Shown here in pieces: positions 51,057-58,231 of a stretch of DNA of 58,231 nucleotides (position 1 is the stretch's first letter; the number at the start of each line of letters is the position of its first letter). Source of the stretch: a virus (taxonomy: Duplodnaviria; Caudoviricetes); the IMG/VR virus record IMGVR_UViG_3300033076_000421, positions 1 through 58,231 of that record; one strand, 5' to 3'. A program made the position numbers and the translations under genes. The notes beneath the pieces are model-generated. The model saw nothing but the letters and a program-made list of their open reading frames with translations. It searched no databases and was not told the origin of the DNA.

Positions 51057-53531
51057 TTAGCCGGGGTTTATGCCGGTGCCAGTGGAAAACGCGAACTTCT
51101 CACCACTGATCGCTTCGGCGGCAGCAAGTTGCTTCGCCGTCTCGTTATCAGAGGCATTGATCTGGGTCCGAGTGGCGAGTTCAGCGGCCTTGCGCTGATC
51201 TTCGCGGTCCTGACGCAGTTTTTCGATCTCAAGGTCCATCTCGGCACGGGTCTTCTCGACACCGACCCGGTTATTATCGACTTGCAGGCGACCCTGGTCG
51301 TATTGAGCCTTGCGTTGGGCGTCCTGCATCTGGAACTGAAGCTCGGGGTCCATGGGAGGCTGCGGCTGGAGTTGCTGCATGACGCTCATGGCCTGCTCGA
51401 TGATGGGCGGAAGCGCCGAGAACGCCTCCTGAGCCTGCTCCACGACGGTCTGGGAGGCTTCTGCGAGCATCCGGTCGAAGGCTTGACGGTCCTCGTTGGT
51501 CTTGAGGTCCTTCATGGCGTCGCCAATGTCCTCACCAGACGCCCCATTGCCCAGATCATAGACCTCAGAGGCATACCAAAGGGCGATATGCTCCTTCAGA
51601 TGGTTCAGAATGGCGGGGATATAGGCCGGGGCGATGAGTTTGTTCATCCCAAGCGCCGGATTCATCAGATAGGCGAGGTGGGTCTTGAGGTGAGCGACGT
51701 GATCCTGCTCAGGGAAGGCCACAATCGGTCGTCCCATGGTGGCTGCGACGTTCTCATTGACAGCATTTTGCTGTTTCGGCGTCATTTCCGGGTTGAGAAG
51801 GTCTTTGCCGTTCGGGATTTTCAGCACATCGAGAATTCGCTCCTCGACTTTTCGCTGATTATACATCCCCGGAATGGCCGCAGCCCGTTGTGCGACGGCC
51901 TGAACCTGAGCGAATCGCTGAGTTTCGCTGAAAATGTTCGGGTCAGAGACCGGAACAACGTCCATAGGGCCGTTGAAGTCCTTGCGGGTCGCAAGTTCCT
52001 CGCCGACTTCGTGCTCAAGGTCCTCGTCGTCGAGATACATGGCATTGAGGCGGTGGAGAATCCCCAGCAGCCGGGCCATGGAGTTGTGAAGACGGGTGTG
52101 GATGGCCGAGAAGACCACCATGCCCTGCTCGATCTTGGCAAGGGTGGTACCCACAGGGGCGTATTGGCCGATGTCGCCAGTGTCGTCCATGGTCGTCTTG
52201 ACGACGCCCTTGCCCGCATCGACCAGGAAGCTGAGGAGGTTGAACAGAATGGGCGACGGAGGGTTGAACGGAAGCGGCATAGCCAGTTTCCGCACGTCAT
52301 CGACGTTCAGACCGCCCTCGATCTCCTCAACCTGCGTGGGCTGGATGGAGAGGCTCTGACCCCCACGGCTACCGCCCTTGAGCTTCAGCATGGTGGGCGC
52401 GTTCTGGATGTGCGCCGAGTCCATGAGGGCACGCAGAGCGCCCGTAGTTGCCGCCGAGAGACCGCCAATCATATGGACGATGCCGATGGGGTAGGCACCA
52501 CGCCACGGGACGAAGGGGAACTCAACGATCCACTGAAGTTCTTCCTGCGACTGGTCGTCTTCGTCCCAGTTGCGGTAAATACTCAGGACCTCGGATGTGG
52601 ACTTGTCCACACTGATGATATAGGGCGCAGCCTCGTCACCCTCGACGATAGCTGTGGCGTAAATCTCATAGACAGTGCGAAGGCCGTCCTCGTTGTAGGA
52701 GGACGCGGATCGACCTTCGATCTTATCGTTGGCAAGGTCTGCACCGGAGCGTTCAGGCTCTGCACTGACAGGCGTCAGGTCCACGTCACGATACATACCG
52801 CTCTTAACCCGACGTTCGTAGTCGAGTTGGGTGAGGTATTGGACGTGAGTCTTGCGCTGTGCGGTGTAGAAGTTCGACGCTGCGAAGGGGAGGTAGATGT
52901 CGTCGATGGCGACGAACAGGAACTCGGGCCGGTTCTTCCCCTCGTTCCACGTTACCTTCATATACTGAGCGCCGCCGAGCGGCACCTGGGTCAGAAGTTG
53001 CTCCATCTCGGAGCGGAACTCAGGGCTTTGCGTGGTAAGCTGCCAGTTCATCAGGGCTGTCTTGCGACGTGCCTTGTTGATCTTCTCGGCAGTCACGTCG
53101 CCAATGATGTTGTCCTTGACGGGACCAGCAGGGGGCAAAAGCTCCTTGGCTGCACGGGCAGCGAAGTCAACGCAGACCTCGGTGAGCATGGGGTGGACGA
53201 CCTTGGACGCGCCCTGGAACTGAGCGCCACCGGGAGCGTCGTCACCAAGCCCTGTGCGCCGAATGCCCTCCTCATACTGCTCGTCGCGCTTCTTGCGAGC
53301 TTCACGGTCCCGCTCGATCAGTTCAATGAACTCGGTGGCAAGAGATTTGAGGTCAGAGTCAGGTAGATTCTCGGCCAGGTTGGCATAGAAGTCGCTGTCG
53401 GGATCGGGCATGTCCTCATCAAGGGTGACGATGGCACCGCCGTCCTCAGTGTCCTCCACGTCGGACGACTCGATCTCGGGCATGTCCACAAGCTCGCCCT
53501 GAGGGTCCATGGGCTCGTCGTCATCAAGCAT
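51057..53531 (-). CDS. Portal protein
   Basis: 824 aa; FYANLAE, FQGASKVVHPML, PVSDPNIFS..QR; position between TerL and head genes. Confidence 0.85.
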   Translation of the reverse strand: MLDDDEPMDPQGELVDMPEIESSDVEDTEDGGAIVTLDEDMPDPDSDFYANLAENLPDSDLKSLATEFIELIERDREARKKRDEQYEEGIRRTGLGDDAPGGAQFQGASKVVHPMLTEVCVDFAARAAKELLPPAGPVKDNIIGDVTAEKINKARRKTALMNWQLTTQSPEFRSEMEQLLTQVPLGGAQYMKVTWNEGKNRPEFLFVAIDDIYLPFAASNFYTAQRKTHVQYLTQLDYERRVKSGMYRDVDLTPVSAEPERSGADLANDKIEGRSASSYNEDGLRTVYEIYATAIVEGDEAAPYIISVDKSTSEVLSIYRNWDEDDQSQEELQWIVEFPFVPWRGAYPIGIVHMIGGLSAATTGALRALMDSAHIQNAPTMLKLKGGSRGGQSLSIQPTQVEEIEGGLNVDDVRKLAMPLPFNPPSPILFNLLSFLVDAGKGVVKTTMDDTGDIGQYAPVGTTLAKIEQGMVVFSAIHTRLHNSMARLLGILHRLNAMYLDDEDLEHEVGEELATRKDFNGPMDVVPVSDPNIFSETQRFAQVQAVAQRAAAIPGMYNQRKVEERILDVLKIPNGKDLLNPEMTPKQQNAVNENVAATMGRPIVAFPEQDHVAHLKTHLAYLMNPALGMNKLIAPAYIPAILNHLKEHIALWYASEVYDLGNGASGEDIGDAMKDLKTNEDRQAFDRMLAEASQTVVEQAQEAFSALPPIIEQAMSVMQQLQPQPPMDPELQFQMQDAQRKAQYDQGRLQVDNNRVGVEKTRAEMDLEIEKLRQDREDQRKAAELATRTQINASDNETAKQLAAAEAISGEKFAFSTGTGINPG

Positions 53532-53614
53532 GTGCGTCCTCGGTCCCGAGCATAGGTGTCGGTTTCATCGTAACAGGTGGGTATGTCTGAGACAAGGTTG
53601 AAGGGCTTATAGCA

Positions 53615-53648
53615 AAACGCCCTCAGGCTGTGGGGCCTGAGGGCGTTT
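53615..53648. terminator. Hairpin terminator after thyX
   Basis: AAACGCCCTCAGGC...GCCTGAGGGCGTTT, 14 bp stem. Confidence 0.7.
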
Positions 53649-53724
53649 CTAATCGCACTTAGCCGGAACCAAGTGGAGGCACCTCGTTTACGATGTGCGG
53701 GGACTTGACTAATTACTACGCCAC

Positions 53725-54435
53725 TCAACTCTTGGCAATACGTTCGTCGCTACCGGGATAGTTCTCGGCAACCACCTCTGACAGATGACTTCTGAGGGAT
53801 GGGAACGCTTCGGCTATGATCTTGAGACAGTCGAGTGCGATTAGTCGGTGCTCCTTCTGAGTGCCGTTCCCAGCCCTCAGAGCGATGTAGTGGAGCCATG
53901 AGCGCAGAGTGCCTGACATGTAGAGGGTCGTGGCCGTAAGGCCCTCAGGGAGAAGCGCACGGGCCTGTTCTTTGGCGATGCCGCGAGCGATAGCCCACTC
54001 ATAGGCTTGCTTGGCGGTCTTGATGACATGACGCTGTTCAACGAGGAAGTCGTCGTCAAGGTTGCGGTCGACCTTGCTGTTCATATCCAACTCAATCGAG
54101 TTCTGCCGATTGGTTCGGTCCTGCATCCGCGTCTCACGAGTTACGAAGTCCTCAGACACCGCATACCTCTGAGAGAACTCCTGAAACGAGAAGGACCTAT
54201 GCCTCAGAATCTGGCGGCTGATGTCCCTTGTCGTTTTGATCTCGATGGTGGCGGATACCATCTCGAAGGGGGACCAGTGATGGTTCTTGATCAGATAGCG
54301 GATCAGGTTCGGAGCCGTTTCCGTATTCATCTGATTCGACGGGTTTGATACCCTAGCCGTGTAGGCAATCAGGTCATCAGCCGTCGCAACGCCGTCGATG
54401 ACCGGTTGCGTGATGCCAATAAGACGTGCGCTCAT
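53725..54435 (-). CDS. thyX: FAD-dependent thymidylate synthase
   Basis: HWSPFEM, QILRHRSFSFQEFSQRY, EQARALLP, Q.EHR. Confidence 0.95.
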   Translation of the reverse strand: MSARLIGITQPVIDGVATADDLIAYTARVSNPSNQMNTETAPNLIRYLIKNHHWSPFEMVSATIEIKTTRDISRQILRHRSFSFQEFSQRYAVSEDFVTRETRMQDRTNRQNSIELDMNSKVDRNLDDDFLVEQRHVIKTAKQAYEWAIARGIAKEQARALLPEGLTATTLYMSGTLRSWLHYIALRAGNGTQKEHRLIALDCLKIIAEAFPSLRSHLSEVVAENYPGSDERIAKS

Positions 54436-54794
54436 TGGTCGTTGTCCGAAGTCACAGGACGATTGGCATGGAACGCTGACTCAGCCACCTCGTGCAGACC
54501 GTCCATGATGCGCTTGAAGTTCTCGTTCACATCGCAGTGAGCGATGGTCCACCACGACACGCAGTTCTCGTCCTGATGGAGATGCTGCTCGAAGGTTGTT
54601 GGCTCGGGGAGAGGCTTACCATCACCGACAATGTCGTCAACATAGACCGAAAGCATTGAGTTCATGCCGTCGAGCGCATCGACGATATTGTCGTCAGCAA
54701 CTTCCAACTCGGGAAAGTCAGGGAACGTGGCGACATAGGTCCCACCGTCCTCAGGGTAATAGGTGATTATCGCAGGGTAGGTGTATCGAGTCAT
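54432..54794 (-). CDS. hicB: HicB-like antitoxin domain protein
   Basis: Start ATG 54794; YPAII...EDGGTYVATFPDFPE...GKPLPEP. Confidence 0.75.
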   Translation of the reverse strand: MTRYTYPAIITYYPEDGGTYVATFPDFPELEVADDNIVDALDGMNSMLSVYVDDIVGDGKPLPEPTTFEQHLHQDENCVSWWTIAHCDVNENFKRIMDGLHEVAESAFHANRPVTSDNDQ

Positions 54795-54981
54795 ACGTGC
54801 TCCGTTGACATCCAATGTTTGGAAAGCTTCCGTGGGTAATCTTGGCATTCCCACGGCTATACTATCGCGGCCAAGTGCGGATGGGAGCAACCGCCCACCT
54901 CGGTTTGCAGGGCCTGTGCCAGTGGATCAGACTGTCGGCGCACAGGGCTTGAGGTCGTTCATGGAGAACAGTCCATTTATC

Positions 54982-55037
54982 TCATACTGCGTATGGGTTG
55001 ACAACTGCTTTCCGTGGTCCGCGCTCGAACTCACGCT
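54982..55037 (-). pseudogene. Relic copy of the terL 3' end
   Basis: Translates REFERGPRKAVVNPYAV* versus TerL end REFERGPRKPVTNPYAM*; 22 bp identical (55016-55037 = 55633-55654). Confidence 0.85.
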
Positions 55038-55560
55038 ATTCAATCCCCAGTCGTTTCAGGTTCTCGGCAACCATCTCAATCTCTTTCTGGGTTCCGTTGT
55101 TTTTTATCCGGTTGGCTTTCATGCTGATCACCCAGCAATTTTCAATCGTATAGCTTTTTGAATTGTCTTTCCGGTCTATGGCCGGGCTATTGTAGTAGGA
55201 AGCGTCGTTTGCGTAATTCAAATCTATGCCAAGTAGAGGACACTTATCAGGCATTACCGATAGCAACCATTCTAAAGTAATGTCATGCGAATGCTGACCA
55301 TGACGCTTTGACCTAGCGTTTACGTTATAAACAGTTTGTTTAGCCCATCGCAGTTTTGGATTATCTAATCTGAACTTTGCGTATTGGGCTTTGGTCTTTT
55401 TTAGCCGCTTTTCGTATCCTCCGCTTGTCTTCCAATTTTCATATTCTTCAGCCGAGCAGACCCTGCACCTATAACGGCGGCCCGTAGACCTGGCCTTGTC
55501 CATGGCGAACAAGGACTCGTCCAAATGCTGCTGGCACTTTTTGCAAAACAGAATAGCCAT
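55036..55560 (-). CDS. Zn-finger HNH-type putative homing endonuclease
   Basis: CKKC..CRVC; CPLLG...SPAIDRKDNSKSYTIENCWVISMKANRIKN; visibly AT-richer than neighbours. Confidence 0.75.
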   Translation of the reverse strand: MAILFCKKCQQHLDESLFAMDKARSTGRRYRCRVCSAEEYENWKTSGGYEKRLKKTKAQYAKFRLDNPKLRWAKQTVYNVNARSKRHGQHSHDITLEWLLSVMPDKCPLLGIDLNYANDASYYNSPAIDRKDNSKSYTIENCWVISMKANRIKNNGTQKEIEMVAENLKRLGIE

Positions 55561-55598
55561 GACCCGCTCCGTGATTGCGTAAATATACCATCACGCAA

Positions 55599-57581
55599 TC
55601 ACATCGCATAGGGATTTGTCACAGGCTTTCTGGGTCCGCGCTCGAACTCACGCTCCTCACTATCGCGCTTGGCCTTCTCCTCTTTCCGGTCGAAGGTGAG
55701 TAGGTTCTTGTCCATCATCAGACGGACAGCCTGAGTTACCGCGTCCAAGATATCATCGTGCTTGATCGAGCCACTACCCGTGAACGCGCAAAGTTGTGCG
55801 ACCATAGGCTCTGCCCACGTCACCGGTCGGCCAGGATACTTTGAACTCTCAGGTAGCCAGACCTGACGCCGAGCGAAGACCGCAGAGACCATGTGCAGTC
55901 TGGTCAGCTTGTCTGCGCGTCCTGGGTTATAGGCGTAGGCCATGATCCCTTCACGTTCGAGCGACTGCCTCAGGCTGATCCCTGAGCCCTTGTCCTCGAT
56001 TATGATCATATCGACCTTCTTGCCTGAGGTCTGGGGCTTGGACGACCCATACATCGGAACAATCATCGCTGAGTCCTGATCATCACCGTATGCGAGCTTC
56101 GACTCCTTCCTGACGCGCTGAATCAGGTCGGGAAGCCCCAACTGCTCCTGCCAGCAGTCCAGAAGCAGACAGTTCGACTTGCCCTCATGGCGGAACACGC
56201 CCCAGACCGTGCAGGCCGAGTAGTCAGCATCCCGCGTCTTCTTGTTGACGCTCGCCTCGGTGAACGCCGTATCGAGCGACATGATCACCCACTCAAGTTG
56301 AGGCAATGGCTTCTTGGCAGGCCAGAGCCTGAACCATGACCTCTTGATGATCCCCGCCTCCTCAGGGTCAATAAGTTCACCGAGAATCTCTTGACGCCCC
56401 ATGGTCGTGCCCGCATAGTCCTCCTCCATCTTGTCGAGGAAGGACTGAGGCAGGTTGGCCTTGTTATCGAAGGTAGCCCCACGAGTGATGACGCGCTTGG
56501 GCTTATCGACCGTGAGCTTGCGGACCAGTTCAATGGGCTTGGGCGTTGTGGTCCAAACGACCTTGGGATTTGGACCAAGTCGCAGGCCCATCATCGCCAT
56601 GTCCCAGGTCTCCTGAGCGTTCTGCCATGCGGCTAATTCATCTCCCCAAATCGCGCTCGCCTGGGGTCCCCGAAGGCGCTCAGGCGACTCACTACCAAAC
56701 CCACGGATGATTCCACCATTGGTCAGGGTGATGATCAGATTGGTCTTGTTATAGTCCGCCACGAACTCGGGAGGGATGACGTTCAGCAGTCCGCTGTTAC
56801 CCTCAAAGCAGGTGTAGCGAATGTCGTTCATCGTTGGGGCAATGACATATTTCGGGTAGGCGTTCGGGTCGGTCACAGCCTCGTAGGCAAGCCATTCAGC
56901 GCCGACTCTGGTATTGTGGGTAGGGATCATCAGATCGCCAGCCAGGAACATGCTGTTCGGACTATCGACAGTTAGGCAGCGCATAGGCTTTGGGTCAATG
57001 CGCTCAATGCTTTTGATCTCGTGGTGGAGACCAAAGTAGCGCATGGACCCTGAGTTCGGGATTATGTGCCCATCATCGAACGTGTCGAAGATTTCCCTAG
57101 TCGTGCGAATCCGAGCGCCGGTATGGCAATTAGCCCAGTCGTAGGGAATCTTGCCGTCTCGAAAAGGCTCTGCCGCTTCCCGGTCGAATGTCACCCACTG
57201 GTGATCGGCGCAGGCGTCAATGCTCAGACCCTTCTCGAAAGTCAGGCGGTAAGCCTCAGTGATTTCCGGCTCGAAGATCGCCGTCACAGTGCAGGGCTGA
57301 TACTTTTCGTCGTAGAGCCTGTCACCGACCTTGACTTCACCAAGAGGTTTCCATATATCGGGTGACGGGATAAGTGTTTGAAAACACAGGGCTTTTCCAA
57401 ATCCGCGCCCGGCCTGTAGCCCCCACTCCAACCAGTCACCCTCGGGCGGTAGCTGTTCAGGTCTGGCCGTAGCCCTCCACCGCGCCTGCCACTCCAGGAA
57501 CCTGAGCGTCTCGACAGGGAGCGCCATGAGTTCTTCAGGCGGTAGTGCTGCGATCTCATCCAGATCGAACTTGAGCGACAT
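55599..57581 (-). CDS. terL: Terminase large subunit (intein-containing)
   Basis: AGRGFGK|TRVGAEW Walker A, LRGPQ..IWGDE, TTTPKP, SLDTA, IIIEDKGSG, HDD. Confidence 0.95.
   Translation of the reverse strand: MSLKFDLDEIAALPPEELMALPVETLRFLEWQARWRATARPEQLPPEGDWLEWGLQAGRGFGKALCFQTLIPSPDIWKPLGEVKVGDRLYDEKYQPCTVTAIFEPEITEAYRLTFEKGLSIDACADHQWVTFDREAAEPFRDGKIPYDWANCHTGARIRTTREIFDTFDDGHIIPNSGSMRYFGLHHEIKSIERIDPKPMRCLTVDSPNSMFLAGDLMIPTHNTRVGAEWLAYEAVTDPNAYPKYVIAPTMNDIRYTCFEGNSGLLNVIPPEFVADYNKTNLIITLTNGGIIRGFGSESPERLRGPQASAIWGDELAAWQNAQETWDMAMMGLRLGPNPKVVWTTTPKPIELVRKLTVDKPKRVITRGATFDNKANLPQSFLDKMEEDYAGTTMGRQEILGELIDPEEAGIIKRSWFRLWPAKKPLPQLEWVIMSLDTAFTEASVNKKTRDADYSACTVWGVFRHEGKSNCLLLDCWQEQLGLPDLIQRVRKESKLAYGDDQDSAMIVPMYGSSKPQTSGKKVDMIIIEDKGSGISLRQSLEREGIMAYAYNPGRADKLTRLHMVSAVFARRQVWLPESSKYPGRPVTWAEPMVAQLCAFTGSGSIKHDDILDAVTQAVRLMMDKNLLTFDRKEEKAKRDSEEREFERGPRKPVTNPYAM
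56913..57392 (-). mobile_element. 160 aa mini-intein in the TerL Walker A motif (class 3-like)
   Basis: Starts ALCFQT, has DHQW and MRCLTV, ends IPTHN before Thr; no endonuclease domain. Confidence 0.9.
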
Positions 57582-57583
57582 GC

Positions 57584-57778
57584 TTAGTGCACCTGCGATT
57601 CGGTGTAGGGTCCTACAGGGAACAGGTTCAGAGCGCCGTCTATGACCAGAACCACATAGGCAACGAGGGCGGGGTCGTCTGTTTCGAGGTCAACCCTGTC
57701 ACCCTCGGCGTCAAGGAAACTGTGGACCTCATACTCATCGCCATTATCGTCGTAGGCGACAGCCTTTTCGTTCGACAC
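57584..57778 (-). CDS. Small acidic protein
   Basis: 64 aa, AGGAG RBS, immediately upstream of terL. Confidence 0.6.
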   Translation of the reverse strand: MSNEKAVAYDDNGDEYEVHSFLDAEGDRVDLETDDPALVAYVVLVIDGALNLFPVGPYTESQVH

Positions 57779-58231
57779 AGGGCGCTCCTGTCCTCTGAGA
57801 CGGCTAGCGACTGGGCCATCCTGCTGAGGGGTAGTATGGACGAAGGGGTGACGTTTGGCTAGGTGTGGGTGGCGGTTTGGTTTGAGGTGATGTATCAGGA
57901 GCAGCCATCCTGCGAGGTGAGAACGCCCTCCTCACACACCACCTTGTTCGACAGGTGTGGTAAAGTAGGTGAAAGCCGAAGAGATGCAGGAGTTGGTCGC
58001 TATTGCGGCGGTCAACTGAAAACTGGGGACCCTGCCGCAGGATGGTGATAGCGTCATGGGGATTCCCATAGCGGAACAATATCAATGAGTTAGGTGGGGG
58101 TATCCATAGTGCGGATACCCTTGACGGCGTTCAGCATTGTAACTTGTAATTTTTTGCATGTTACTGGATTGCTTGGGTGCTGATAACTTTGTGGCTACGC
58201 ATATGCACACACAGCTCACCCCCCCCACCCT

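Noticed and set aside
50994-53366. 790 aa + strand ORF opposite the portal gene
   Set aside because: Antisense shadow of a GC3-biased gene, with no recognisable motifs. The same applies to long shadow ORFs such as 28455..29321, 32658..33500, 37034..37867, 47408..48121 and 49506..50300.
53655-53720. tRNA-like stretch (GCCGGAACCAAGTGGAGGCAC...)
   Set aside because: No T-arm GTTCRA and no acceptor-stem pairing found.
54860-54960. Possible c-di-GMP riboswitch
   Set aside because: Only short word matches; the GAAA tetraloop/receptor architecture is not evident.
57804-58085. ORFs near the right end (57804..58085 - and 57863..58048 +)
   Set aside because: No clear RBS, motif or codon bias; probably non-coding.

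Overview
This window looks like a nearly complete ~58 kb genome of a tailed dsDNA phage, probably with a short tail (portal, tail tube/nozzle-like proteins, internal ejection proteins, no tape-measure or sheath genes recognised). The host is most likely an alphaproteobacterium, probably Caulobacter/Brevundimonas-like, inferred from GapR and GcrA homologues. The + strand from 2.3 to 22.5 kb holds small early genes behind repeated TTGAC promoters, then a replication module: Cro-like HTH, primase-helicase, DUF2800 nuclease, DUF2815 SSB, GapR, amino-methyltransferase, family-B DNA polymerase, VRR-NUC, PAPS-reductase-like protein, GcrA-like protein, OmpR/CtrA-type winged helix and SNF2 helicase. 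The - strand from 58 to 22.5 kb, continuing across the contig ends to TerS at 1.1-1.6 kb, holds TerL with an Ala-initiated mini-intein, an HNH-type endonuclease, HicB-like protein, ThyX, portal, GroES-like protein, scaffold, major capsid protein, a Hef-like endonuclease, head fibres, the lysis cassette, tail and ejection proteins, and a phosphoesterase. No integrase, tRNA, CRISPR array or reverse transcriptase was recognised. Three observations stand out: (1) a set of host cell-cycle/chromosome regulator look-alikes (double-HTH GcrA coupled to a receiver-less CtrA-like winged helix, plus GapR and a beta-class MTase); (2) a shared C-terminal [DE]-[LF]-V tail on five DNA-acting proteins, alongside a beta-clamp-like protein; (3) visible traces of homing-endonuclease insertion next to terL and the capsid gene. 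All calls come from reading motifs by eye; no database search was run.
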